Shown here: one piece after another, positions 1 to 9,880 of the stretch
Numbering within the stretch: position 1 is the stretch's first letter
Layout: the number at the start of each line of letters is the position of its first letter
NCBI GenBank assembly: GCA_002350725.1
Contig: DEFJ01000025.1
Coordinates: forward strand, 2,565 to 66,564
DNA from: Cyanobacteria bacterium UBA2855
GTDB lineage: Bacteria > Cyanobacteriota > Vampirovibrionia > Gastranaerophilales > Gastranaerophilaceae
Reading direction: 5' to 3'
DNA: 64,000 bases
Program-made: the position numbers and the translations under genes
The notes under the pieces: model-generated
What the model was told of the DNA's origin: nothing
Seen by the model: only the letters and a program-made list of their open reading frames with translations
Database searches by the model: none

Positions 1-788
1 TTTATGGCATTTGAATCCATAAAATCAATAGTTGCAGGATAAATTCGCTGCTCAATAATACTGTTTACCGCAGAAATTGAATCCTCTATAGTATCAAAAT
101 ATGCCATTACAACCTTGCTTGCTTCAGGCTTTGGTATAAGTTTTAATGTTGCCTCGGTTATAATACCTAATGTTCCCTCTGAACCGACAAACAAACTTGT
201 TAAATTATAACCTGTCGCATTTTTTACAGTATCAGCTCCTGTTTTCATAACTTTGCCATCGGCCATTACGACTTCCAAATTTAAAATATAATTTTTGGTA
301 GAACCGTATTTGAATGTTTTAGCACCACCCGAGGCTTGAGCTATACTGCCGCCGATAGTTGAAACTTTTAAATTTGACGGGTCGGGCGGATAAAATAATC
401 CTAAATTTTCAACTACTGCCTGCAAATCACCTAAAATAACCCCCGGTTGGACAACTGCCGTCATATTTTCTTTACTTATACTGATAATTTTATTCATTTT
501 TGAAAAATTTAAAACTATTCCTCCATGTTCTGTGCGACATGCACCAACAGTATTTGTCCCCGCGCCACGACAGATAATAGGAATTTTGTATTTTTTTGCA
601 CACTCAACTACTTCTATAACATCCTCTTTTGTTTGTACAAATACTACCGCATTCGGAATACTTTTTATCTCTTTTGTATTTGAAGCATCTTGAGCATAAG
701 CATAGCACTCCTCTTTCGTCGATAAGACATTCGAGGGGGTCAACTTCCTTTCTAAATCTTTTATTAAATTTTTCGTATTAGTCAACAT
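1..788 (-). CDS. FAD-binding oxidase, GlcD / D-lactate dehydrogenase family (partial, C-terminus outside window)
   Basis: Not in the ORF track because it runs off the window edge. Reverse-strand translation from ATG at 788-786 reads MLTNTKNLIKDLERKLTPSNVLSTKEECYAYAQDAS...IPIICRGAGTNTVGACRTEHGGIVLNFSKMNKII...VQPGVILGDLQ...YPPDPSNLKVSTIGGSIAQASGGAKTFKYGSTKNYILNLEVVMADGKVMKTG...SLFVGSEGTLGIITEATLKLIPKP. This is a typical FAD PCMH-type domain. The start overlaps the stop of the upstream giant ORF by 11 nt. Confidence 0.8.
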   Translation of the reverse strand, partial: MLTNTKNLIKDLERKLTPSNVLSTKEECYAYAQDASNTKEIKSIPNAVVFVQTKEDVIEVVECAKKYKIPIICRGAGTNTVGACRTEHGGIVLNFSKMNKIISISKENMTAVVQPGVILGDLQAVVENLGLFYPPDPSNLKVSTIGGSIAQASGGAKTFKYGSTKNYILNLEVVMADGKVMKTGADTVKNATGYNLTSLFVGSEGTLGIITEATLKLIPKPEASKVVMAYFDTIEDSISAVNSIIEQRIYPATIDFMDSNAI

Positions 789-3700
789 ATTCTGTCAGTT
801 TTTCAATATTTGCACTTAATTTTGCAAGAGTTTTATCTATATTATCTATTCTGTCATTAATTGTTGAATCAGATTGCTTACTCAAAATATCCGCAATCTT
901 ATCCAGTTGCTTTTCAATTCTGTCTAGCCTGAAATCTTGTTGCGTTATTTTGGCTTCAATAGAATCTAGGATTGAATTCAACTTTTCGTCTTGAGCATTT
1001 AATCTGCTGTATATAGCATTTTGTAATTCTTCTGCTCTCAAATCACTTTGGGACGAAATATTTTCGACTGTATTCTGTAAATTTTCAATATTACTTTCCT
1101 GTTCTTTGTGCTTTGAATTAATAAATTCGTAAAGTTCTGCTTTCTGAGGCAAATAAGTTTTAATCTCATCAAGAGTTTCCGGCACAGCACATCTGTCATA
1201 TATCGTAGATAGCGTATCAGAAGTACCGTCCATCCATTCACCTAAATACATCATTACGTTTTTCATAACTTCCATCAAATCTGAAGTTATGCTTGATTTT
1301 TTATAAATTTCAGAAAGATATTTTTCCATACGTCTTGCGACTATTTTATTATCCAACCCTGAAATAGCATCTATGCTATTATTAAGTTTTTCAACAATCT
1401 CATTATCAATTTGCTTTTGCGAAAGCAATAATTGATTTAATCTTGAGCTGATACTCACAACATGTTCATTCAAATCACCATGTTCTGCTCTTTGGATTTC
1501 ATTTTCCACAAGAACATTTCTCAAATCTTCTAGCGATTTTGACATTTTATTAAAATTTGCTGAAATAACAGATAAATCATCACCCTCAGCTTTTGATGCC
1601 ATATCATTTATAACTAATCTCAATTTTGCAAAATCTGATTCAACGTCTTGCATTGTATAAGTATACAAATCCATATCGTCAGTATTATTATTCATTTCAG
1701 AAAGCTGACGTTTTACTTCAGTAAGCATATGATGTAATTCGTTAGTTTTTACATCGACAAAATCTTTTATTTCTTCAGCTTCCTCTACAAACGAAATTTC
1801 ATTTGTCGCTGCAACTACCGCAGAAATAACAGATTCTTTTATCTCTGCAGCACTTTTTGTCATATCAATTTCGTTAATATTTTTATCAATTTTATTAAGC
1901 TCATCAATAAGCTTATTTAAAGAAGTTTCTGTTGAGGAATTTTCTGAAGCATCTTTAATAGTCTGAATTTGCTCTTCAACAATTTGCCTTATTTCGGAAA
2001 TTTCTTCTAAAATATCCGAATCATCCGACATTGCAATAATATCAACCTTATTATTCAATTCTTTAATAAGATTTTCAAATTCTTTACCTGATTTTATATC
2101 GGATTTTATGGTATCAAGTTTTTCATGTACATCTGTGAATTGCGAGATTTCATCCAATTTATAATCCAAGTTTTTGGAATAATTTTCCAAATTTTCACCG
2201 GCAGATACCAACTGCTCTCTTATTTCACTCAGACTATCTTGAATTTCCCCAATTTCATTATATTCGTCATCATTTGTTGATAACGCAATAACATCCAATT
2301 TAGCATCAATTGATTTAACAAATTTATCTAACTTATCATCGGAAGACGAGATGTTATCCTTTATATCTTCAAGACTTGTCCTGATTTCTCCAACTTCATC
2401 GAGGACTTCCTCATCATTATTCTGAGCGATAATATCTAATTTATTGTTTATTACATCTACAGATTCTTTTAAACCTTCAAGTCCCGAAACACCACTTGTT
2501 TCAGATATATTTTCTATTTTTTCTTTTACTTCCTGTATTTTTGTTACTAACTCGGAATTTATAGCCGAAGCAAGCAGTAAATCTAATTTTTCAATGACAG
2601 TAGAAATATTATCTTCGTTTTTTCCTGATTTTTTGTCGGAGCCTTTTTTACTGCTATTTAATATATCTTTTAATTCATCAATAGCCTCAAGAATTACGGT
2701 ATTATCAGTTGCCATTGTAATTACATCAAGCTTTGCACCAATCTCATCCAAAGAACCCAGAATTTTATCTGCCTTTTCACCGGAATTTTCAAATTTGCTG
2801 TTTATTAGGTTAAAAGTTTTATCTAAGGTAGATTTTACATCAGTAACTAACTCGGTAAGTTCGGTAATTGAATAATCTGTATCCTGTTTTAGCTCATGTA
2901 TTCTATCCGCCAAACTCTTATTTAAACCGCGAATAACTTCCAACATATCATCGTTATCAATTAACGGAAGTATAGTATTTTTAATAGCCTCAGGATCGAA
3001 GTTACTTTTTGTAATTGCTCTTTGAACTTCTGCCAACCCATCCAAAATAGAAGAAGTTGTAAAAGTTCTGCTTTCTTGTATCTTTGATTCAATCTGCAAT
3101 AATTGTGCCTGAAAATCTGATTGGATATCTTCTGATACAGACAGATTGCTCTGTACATTTGTATTTATTGTATGAAGTATATTATTAATAGTATCAAGAT
3201 TAGCACTTACCGTATAGTTTAAAGAATCATCCAATGCAGAAAGCTTATCAACAGTATCTTTATAAGAATTTTCTATATTTGAAAAAGCTTCACTTTCAAG
3301 AATTTCTTCTTTTAACTCTGAAACTAAGTTTGCATAAGATAATTCCAAATCATCCTTAACACCTTTAACATTGCCGGATAAATCTTTTTCAGTAATAGCT
3401 AAAATAGCATCCTTTAATGGTTCAAACTCGGAAGTAAGTGTCTCTATTTTTTCACTAACAGCATCATCGATTTTATTTATGACACTTTCTACGTCTTCTT
3501 TAATGGAATTCAAGCCGGAATCCAAGCTGTTAACGAGATTGGTAGAAGTTTCTGAATTATTGTTATACAAGCCTTCTATGTTTTGGATTATCAAATATAA
3601 ATTGTTGTTTATCACGGAAAGCATCTCATCAAGAGTTTCCTTAACATCAGATACCGCACCCTCTTTTTCTTTGGTAATCTGGTCATCAATCACATTAAAT

Positions 3701-6300
3701 TGCTGTCGAATATTTGCTAAAATTTCAATTAAACCTGAATTTCCGACAAGATTTGTCAGTTTTTCAGACAAGTCATCGAAACGGGATTTAATATCATCAA
3801 ATTCTTCTGTAGCATCTTCCAATTTTGTATTTGTAAGAGTTGAAATTTGTTCAACTTTTTCCAGATACTCATTTACCTTTGAGCCAACGACAGCAAATGC
3901 TTGCTCATAATTTTGAGAATACTCGGAAAGTTGATTCCCCATTTCTGAAATTTTCAATGACAACGCAGAATCATCATACTCAGGATTAAACTCAGCCAAA
4001 GCCGAAGTTATCAAATCCAAAGAAGATTTCACCGTATCAATTTCCCACAACAAGGTTTCCTTACACTCAAAAACTTTACCGCTTATTGATTCTGAAATTA
4101 TTTCAATAGCTTCTTTATGAGGTAAAACATCACTTGCAAGAATTTTTAATTCGGAAATTTCGGATAATGCTTCGCTGCTCTTTGCATTTAACTCACTCGT
4201 AGCTTTATCAATATTTTCTTTGTATTCATTTATTACCGATGAAATTTTATCAAGCTTTTCATTCTTTTCGGCACTTTTTTCATTGATTAAATTTTCTAAT
4301 ATTGCAGCATCAAAATTTCCTGTATTAGCTTTATTTATAGACATTAAAGCTGTCTTAATCTCAGCAATTTTATCTGATAAATCCTCTTGAGTTAAATTCA
4401 AAGAGGTATTCAGCTTATCAAGTTTTTCGTCCTTATTCCTGCTGTGTTCGGAAATTATACCCTCGATCTTTCCATAATCGAAACTCTCTGACTTGTTTGC
4501 ACTACCATACTCAATAATTGAATCTTTTACCATATCAAGTTTTTGGGAAATTTCGTCTTTCGCCTCAAAAACTCTTGAAGAAATTCTATCCGAAACACTT
4601 TCAATATTTTCTTTATGAGAAATAACATCATTAACCAACGCTTTTATTTCAGATATTCCGGATAAAGTATCCTGATTTTTAGAATTTATTTCTCCTGAAA
4701 TTCTATCAAGTGAGTCTTTATAATCACGAACTGTATTATTTAAAGTATCTAATTTTTCATCCTTTGATGCGCTATGCCCTGATATGAAATTTTCTACACG
4801 TTCATAATCAAAATCATTTGCTTTAGCATTTTTAATTTCGTCCAATGCTGCGGCATTGCTCTCTAACAAAGATTGCAAACGTTCAAAATTTTCGTTTCTT
4901 TCAATATCAAATCGACTTACCAAAACATCCAAATCAGACAATTTTTCCAAAATTTCCGAATTATCCTGAGATGCCTGAATTTTATCAGAAAAATCTACAA
5001 ATAAGTCTTTTATACTTGAAAGATAATCTCCCAATTTTTCTGCGGTGTTATTTTTGAAGTCATCAACAGAATTAGCTACACCTTGCACCTTATCAAGAAT
5101 TGACTCTAAATTAGCAGAAGATTTTGCAAGCAAATCCTCTCTTACATTATAAATTTCAGCTATATCCGTTTCCTGTAAGCGTTTTACAACATCCTCAGAA
5201 TTCCTTTCTATAGATTCGGAAACAGCCCTAACTTCTTCTGCAGAAGCTTTTATCAGATTTTCCATTCCCTCATTCAATCTGACAAATCTGTCTTCTATTA
5301 CATCAAATTTATCATTTATGGATTTTTCATTATCAGCATGAGCAGAAGAAAATACTTCTCTAAATGCATTCAAAATCTCTATCAAATTATTTACTTTTGC
5401 AGAAACCGAATTTTCATAATCTTCAGCTTTGTTATTAATTTGATTTTCTACTTTCTTTACATAGTCCAAAATATCATTGCTAATCATTATCTGGCTATCA
5501 CCGCTTTGAACTATTTTATTTGTAATATCGCCATTTAAACCGCTAAATCTTTCGTTTATATTATCAGAATAGTGCAAAACATTTGCTTTCAAAGATTCCA
5601 TAGTAGTTCTCATATCCAGAGAAGTACTGTTCATTGATTCTGCAATATTACTGCTCAAATATTTTAAATGATCGAATCCGTCATTCAATATTTTCTGAAT
5701 ATCATCGCCTAATGCATAAAGTTTTGAATTTACATTACCTAAATTAGAAGAAACAGAAGCTTCCAACCCCTCTATTTTTGAGTTTGTATCATTAATTGAA
5801 TGCTCAATTGTTCCATATACATAGTTATTCTTTGAGGAATAATCATCGACTTTATTTTTTAAATCGACAAGAGCAGAAACCATGTTTCCATGACGAAGAT
5901 TTGAATCGGATATAAAGTTTTCATAACCTTTAACAAGTTCATCGGTTCTTTGTCTCAATGTTTCAACCATAACTCCGTTCTTGACCGCATTTTCTAACGC
6001 ATCTAACCTGTCTAACAAAAGATTTTTTGCATCTGCATCACGATTTGCAAATGTTACAACAGAATTAAATCCTGAACGAAAGTTATCTGCAAGAGTTTTT
6101 ACCTCTTCCGCTATCTCCGAATTATCCGTAGCTCTTGAAATTGTATTCTGAAGTTTTTCAAGGGTATCTTCTACACCCTGAAAGCTCCTTACACCTGCTT
6201 GGATTTCAGTTAAAAGTTTTTTATAATCTTCGTTATTAACATCATTATCACGTTTTAAATCTTCAATAAGAACTGCTAGTTCGTCTACTCTGTCTGCCAT
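778..6300 (-). CDS. Giant (~1840 aa) acidic coiled-coil protein, function unknown
   Basis: Uninterrupted 5.5-kb ORF. The preferred start is MADRVDEL (ATG 6300-6298), preceded by aaggaaaaagaa. Composition is dominated by E/D/K/L/I/N/S with heptad-like periodicity. No hydrophobic TM segment, signal peptide, Walker motif or catalytic motif was seen. Internal repeats are present. Confidence 0.85.
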   Translation of the reverse strand: MADRVDELAVLIEDLKRDNDVNNEDYKKLLTEIQAGVRSFQGVEDTLEKLQNTISRATDNSEIAEEVKTLADNFRSGFNSVVTFANRDADAKNLLLDRLDALENAVKNGVMVETLRQRTDELVKGYENFISDSNLRHGNMVSALVDLKNKVDDYSSKNNYVYGTIEHSINDTNSKIEGLEASVSSNLGNVNSKLYALGDDIQKILNDGFDHLKYLSSNIAESMNSTSLDMRTTMESLKANVLHYSDNINERFSGLNGDITNKIVQSGDSQIMISNDILDYVKKVENQINNKAEDYENSVSAKVNNLIEILNAFREVFSSAHADNEKSINDKFDVIEDRFVRLNEGMENLIKASAEEVRAVSESIERNSEDVVKRLQETDIAEIYNVREDLLAKSSANLESILDKVQGVANSVDDFKNNTAEKLGDYLSSIKDLFVDFSDKIQASQDNSEILEKLSDLDVLVSRFDIERNENFERLQSLLESNAAALDEIKNAKANDFDYERVENFISGHSASKDEKLDTLNNTVRDYKDSLDRISGEINSKNQDTLSGISEIKALVNDVISHKENIESVSDRISSRVFEAKDEISQKLDMVKDSIIEYGSANKSESFDYGKIEGIISEHSRNKDEKLDKLNTSLNLTQEDLSDKIAEIKTALMSINKANTGNFDAAILENLINEKSAEKNEKLDKISSVINEYKENIDKATSELNAKSSEALSEISELKILASDVLPHKEAIEIISESISGKVFECKETLLWEIDTVKSSLDLITSALAEFNPEYDDSALSLKISEMGNQLSEYSQNYEQAFAVVGSKVNEYLEKVEQISTLTNTKLEDATEEFDDIKSRFDDLSEKLTNLVGNSGLIEILANIRQQFNVIDDQITKEKEGAVSDVKETLDEMLSVINNNLYLIIQNIEGLYNNNSETSTNLVNSLDSGLNSIKEDVESVINKIDDAVSEKIETLTSEFEPLKDAILAITEKDLSGNVKGVKDDLELSYANLVSELKEEILESEAFSNIENSYKDTVDKLSALDDSLNYTVSANLDTINNILHTINTNVQSNLSVSEDIQSDFQAQLLQIESKIQESRTFTTSSILDGLAEVQRAITKSNFDPEAIKNTILPLIDNDDMLEVIRGLNKSLADRIHELKQDTDYSITELTELVTDVKSTLDKTFNLINSKFENSGEKADKILGSLDEIGAKLDVITMATDNTVILEAIDELKDILNSSKKGSDKKSGKNEDNISTVIEKLDLLLASAINSELVTKIQEVKEKIENISETSGVSGLEGLKESVDVINNKLDIIAQNNDEEVLDEVGEIRTSLEDIKDNISSSDDKLDKFVKSIDAKLDVIALSTNDDEYNEIGEIQDSLSEIREQLVSAGENLENYSKNLDYKLDEISQFTDVHEKLDTIKSDIKSGKEFENLIKELNNKVDIIAMSDDSDILEEISEIRQIVEEQIQTIKDASENSSTETSLNKLIDELNKIDKNINEIDMTKSAAEIKESVISAVVAATNEISFVEEAEEIKDFVDVKTNELHHMLTEVKRQLSEMNNNTDDMDLYTYTMQDVESDFAKLRLVINDMASKAEGDDLSVISANFNKMSKSLEDLRNVLVENEIQRAEHGDLNEHVVSISSRLNQLLLSQKQIDNEIVEKLNNSIDAISGLDNKIVARRMEKYLSEIYKKSSITSDLMEVMKNVMMYLGEWMDGTSDTLSTIYDRCAVPETLDEIKTYLPQKAELYEFINSKHKEQESNIENLQNTVENISSQSDLRAEELQNAIYSRLNAQDEKLNSILDSIEAKITQQDFRLDRIEKQLDKIADILSKQSDSTINDRIDNIDKTLAKLSANIEKLTEYVD

Positions 6301-6484
6301 TTCTTTTTCCTTAAAAAATACACTTTCCCATATATATTTTACCAAACTTATAGCAATTTTATCAATATGTTAAGTAATCTTACGTATAGAAATCGTATTT
6401 TGAAAATAAGTTTTATTCCGCTCATTGCTTTATTTTTATTAGGTGATATAATACACATGACATGGAGTTGTGAGGTTATAAAGG

Positions 6485-6697
6485 ATGAGTCATATTGTTA
6501 TAGATAAAGACAGATGTAAGGGATGTTACCTCTGCATTGATGAGTGTCCGAAGAAACTCATTAAGGTCGGAGAAGAAGTAAACAGTTTAGGAGTTCACCT
6601 CGCTGAATTTTGCGATCCGAACGGAGAATGTTTAGGCTGTGCAATGTGTGCAACGAGATGCCCTGATATAGCAATTACAGAGGTATACAGAGGATAA
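6485..6697 (+). CDS. 2x[4Fe-4S] ferredoxin, delta subunit of 2-oxoacid:ferredoxin oxidoreductase
   Basis: Two CxxCxxCxxxCP motifs (CKGCYLCIDECP, CLGCAMCATRCP). It is the first gene of a 4-gene OFOR operon. An extended -10 TGaTATAAT lies upstream (~6441-6452). Confidence 0.85.
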   Translation: MSHIVIDKDRCKGCYLCIDECPKKLIKVGEEVNSLGVHLAEFCDPNGECLGCAMCATRCPDIAITEVYRG

Positions 6698-6700
6698 AAA

Positions 6701-7780
6701 ATGACAGAATGTTTAACAGAAAGAAATAATAAAGTTTTAACCAAAGGCAATTATGCAATTGCTAATGCTGCGATACTTGCAGGATGCGAATGTTATTTTG
6801 GATATCCGATTACACCACAAAGTGAAATCGGAGAATTTATGAGCGGGAAAATGCAGGAACTTAAGAGAGCATATGTTTCAGCAGAAAGTGAATTAGCGGC
6901 AATTAACATGGTTATGGGAGCTTGTTCTACAGGTGCAAAAGCAATGACATCATCCTCTTCTTGCGCAGTTGCTCTTATGCAGGAAGCACTTTCATACGCT
7001 GCTTCAGACGAATTGCCTGTGGTTTTAGTTAGTGTAATGAGAGGCGGTCCGGGGTTAGGAAATATATATCCTTCACAAGGGGACTATAATCAAGCTACAA
7101 TAGGCGGCGGAGATGGCGACTATAAATTGATAGTTCTGGCACCTGCAACGGTTCAGGAATGTGTAGATTTAACATATAAAGCATTTTATTTGGCTCATAA
7201 ATATAAAAATCCGACAATTCTGCTTGCAGACGGATTGCTGGGACAAATGATGGAGCCTGTTGAATTTAAAGAGTACCCGTACCCTAAAATTGACAACTCC
7301 GAGTGGGCTTTAACCGGAGCAAAAAATCGTAGAGGAAGAGTAATTCGTTCCTATGCACCGAGCGCAGATGTTCAATGTGAATTTTTGAACCGACTTCACG
7401 CTAAATACAGATTAATCGAGGAAAACGAAACTGAATGGGAAGAGATTAATACTGAAGATGCCGATATTATTCTTGTAAGTTTTGGTTCACCTGCTAGAAA
7501 TGCTAAGTCTGCAATGAAAGAATGCAGGAAACTTGGGATTAAGGTAGGTTTATTAAGACCGATTACCCTATTCCCGTTCCCATCAAAAAGGTTGTTCGAA
7601 TTGGCAGATACTGCAAAGAAATTTATTTCTGTCGAAATCAATATGGGACAAATGATTAAGGATATAAGACTTGCCGTAAACGGAAAAGTCCCTGTTGAAT
7701 TACTCAACAGACCTGTCGGTAACCCGCCGTCTGTTGATGAAATTGTTGAAAAAATAAAAAAAGAAAGTGAAGTATTATAA
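6701..7780 (+). CDS. 2-oxoacid:ferredoxin oxidoreductase alpha subunit (Kor/Vor type)
   Basis: N-terminal GYPITPQSEI motif and overall KorA/PorA-like layout. Translationally coupled to its neighbours. Confidence 0.9.
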   Translation: MTECLTERNNKVLTKGNYAIANAAILAGCECYFGYPITPQSEIGEFMSGKMQELKRAYVSAESELAAINMVMGACSTGAKAMTSSSSCAVALMQEALSYAASDELPVVLVSVMRGGPGLGNIYPSQGDYNQATIGGGDGDYKLIVLAPATVQECVDLTYKAFYLAHKYKNPTILLADGLLGQMMEPVEFKEYPYPKIDNSEWALTGAKNRRGRVIRSYAPSADVQCEFLNRLHAKYRLIEENETEWEEINTEDADIILVSFGSPARNAKSAMKECRKLGIKVGLLRPITLFPFPSKRLFELADTAKKFISVEINMGQMIKDIRLAVNGKVPVELLNRPVGNPPSVDEIVEKIKKESEVL

Positions 7781-8550
7781 TGGCAGCAATAACTCAAGTT
7801 TTTAAAATGCCTGAAAGTATAAAAAAAGGCTCAAAATTTTCATTTTGTCCGGGATGCGACCACGGAGTCGCCGTAAGATTAGTGGCAGAAGTACTGGATG
7901 AACTTGGATTAAGAGATAACTCTATTTTAGTTGCATCAATCGGGTGCTCTGTTACTTTATATGACTTTTTGGAAGTCGATAGTTTAGAAGCTCCGCATGG
8001 CAGAGCATTGGCTGAAGCTACCGGAATTAAGAGAGCAAGACCGGAAAGAACCGTTTTTACATATCAGGGTGATGGAGATTTTGCTTCAATCGGTATGGCA
8101 GAAAGCATGCACTGCGCATTACGAGGAGAAAATGTTACTGCAATTTGTATAAACAATACTACATACGGAATGACGGGCGGTCAATTAGGACCTACGACTT
8201 TGTTAGGACAAATTACTACAACTTCTCCAACAGGAAGAAATCTTGAGTATTACGGCTATCCGATTAAGATTACCGAGCATATTGCTATGTGTGACGGAAC
8301 AGCCTATGCTGCAAGAGTTTCGCTTGATACGGTACCAAACATCAGAAAAGCAAAAGCTGCTATAAAAAAAGCTTTTGAAATTCAACAAAAAGGTTTAGGG
8401 TTCAGCTTTGTAGAAATTCTTTCTACTTGCCCTACAAACTGGAAAAAATCACCTCAAAAAGCCCATGAAAGAGTTAGAGAGGAAATGATACCTGTATATA
8501 AACCGGGAGTATATAAGGACGTAACAGATACTTCTGTGGAGGTAAAATAA
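7780..8550 (+). CDS. 2-oxoacid:ferredoxin oxidoreductase beta subunit (TPP-binding)
   Basis: FCPGCDHG motif and GDGD...N TPP/Mg site. ATG overlaps the alpha-subunit stop (TAATG). Confidence 0.9.
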   Translation: MAAITQVFKMPESIKKGSKFSFCPGCDHGVAVRLVAEVLDELGLRDNSILVASIGCSVTLYDFLEVDSLEAPHGRALAEATGIKRARPERTVFTYQGDGDFASIGMAESMHCALRGENVTAICINNTTYGMTGGQLGPTTLLGQITTTSPTGRNLEYYGYPIKITEHIAMCDGTAYAARVSLDTVPNIRKAKAAIKKAFEIQQKGLGFSFVEILSTCPTNWKKSPQKAHERVREEMIPVYKPGVYKDVTDTSVEVK

Positions 8551-9104
8551 TGGAAAATAATTTTATAATAGCAGGATTTGGCGGACAAGGTGTCCTATTA
8601 GCAGGAGAAGTCCTTGCAAATGCTTTTATGCTTGATAATAAAAATGTCACTTGGTATCCGAGTTACGGTGCTGAAATGCGTGGAGGCACGGTTAACTGCG
8701 AAATAGTGATGAATGACTCTGAAGACGTAAGCTCTGTTAACAAATCCGAAACTGATTATATTGTAGTATTAAATCAAGCTTCTTTTGACAGATTTATTCC
8801 TAAAGTAAAAAAAGGCGGATGGATTATTGCAAATTCAACATTGGTAAAGGAAGAAAAGCCAAGAAATGATATAAATTATGTGTTTGTTCCTGTTTCAAAA
8901 CTTGCTGATGATTTGGGTAATGTAAAAATGGCAAATATATTGGCTTTAGGAGTATTATCTAAAGTAAGCAAATTAACTTCCGTTGAAACACTTGAAAAAG
9001 CCTTAGATAATGTAATTCCGGCACATAGAAAACATTTTATGCCATTGAATATTAAAGCTTTAAATATCGGCTATAAGTATGATTTATCGACAATTAATGT
9101 ATAA
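8550..9104 (+). CDS. 2-oxoacid:ferredoxin oxidoreductase gamma subunit
   Basis: N-terminal AGFGGQGV motif typical of OFOR gamma subunits. Start overlaps the beta-subunit stop. Confidence 0.9.
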   Translation: MENNFIIAGFGGQGVLLAGEVLANAFMLDNKNVTWYPSYGAEMRGGTVNCEIVMNDSEDVSSVNKSETDYIVVLNQASFDRFIPKVKKGGWIIANSTLVKEEKPRNDINYVFVPVSKLADDLGNVKMANILALGVLSKVSKLTSVETLEKALDNVIPAHRKHFMPLNIKALNIGYKYDLSTINV

Positions 9105-9209
9105 AATCACCTAAAAAGTCGATTTAAAATTTTAAAATTAATATTATCCTTATAATGTAAACAAAAGGATTTTAATAAGGTTATATTTATTTTAAAAGAG
9201 GTTTCTACA

Positions 9210-9440
9210 GTGAAAAAAGAACTGATACAAGCAATTAAACGTAAAGAGATACAACTGGAAAAATTAGCATCCAAGGTTGATAAAAGCTATATATGTTCAC
9301 AACTTTATAATAAAGTTGTAATAGAAAAAGCTAAGCTAAAAAAGGAACTTGATGATTTAAGCAAAAATAAATTTGCCGATAAAATTATACGTTTATTCCC
9401 GCATAAAAAAACTCTAATTTGTGATTATTTCAATGAATAA
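9210..9440 (+). CDS. Hypothetical small helical protein (76 aa)
   Basis: GTG start with agagg about 9 nt upstream. Lys/Glu-rich helical sequence with no recognisable motif. Confidence 0.4.
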   Translation: MKKELIQAIKRKEIQLEKLASKVDKSYICSQLYNKVVIEKAKLKKELDDLSKNKFADKIIRLFPHKKTLICDYFNE

Positions 9441-9449
9441 CCGCTTATA

Positions 9450-9803
9450 CTAAATATTTACGTCAATTTCTTCCCCAAGCTGTTTTAATTCCGGTTCGAT
9501 TTTTGCATAAATTTCACATTTTTTTATGTAAGGATTTTCGGATTTTAATACTCTTACAATCTCTGCAAGATTTGACAACTCAGGATATTTATCACAAATA
9601 ATATTGGCATATTGCTGAGCATAATACCTGTAACCTCGAAAACCGGTAGCTCTCATTGGTTTTGGATGAAATGCGTTTACGACATTTTTTATACCTTCTA
9701 TGTTTTCACTCTGAATTACTGTACTGGTTGCAGCCTCAATAATTTCTACAGGTTTTAATTTTATTCCAAAATTTATTTTGTTATCATAATTTTGAATTTG
9801 CAT
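9450..9803 (-). CDS. Hypothetical protein (~117 aa)
   Basis: Open frame. The ATG at 9803 (MQIQNYDNKINFG...) is preferred over the TTG at 9821. No clear SD and no recognisable motif. Confidence 0.45.
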   Translation of the reverse strand: MQIQNYDNKINFGIKLKPVEIIEAATSTVIQSENIEGIKNVVNAFHPKPMRATGFRGYRYYAQQYANIICDKYPELSNLAEIVRVLKSENPYIKKCEIYAKIEPELKQLGEEIDVNI

Positions 9804-9880
9804 GTACAAATGAAAACGCAAAAATCTAAAATTTTGCTAGCTGTAAAAAAATATTGTAAGAAAAAAAATTTTCATATAAA

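Noticed and set aside
2444-3910. Long antisense ORFs (2444..2875, 3371..3910, also 1038..1241, 2961..3158, 4845..5057, 5338..5538) inside the giant gene
   Set aside because: These are shadow ORFs on the opposite strand or in alternative frames of a GAA/AAA/TTA-rich coiled-coil gene. They give Ser/Phe/Ile-rich nonsense-like translations with no SD.
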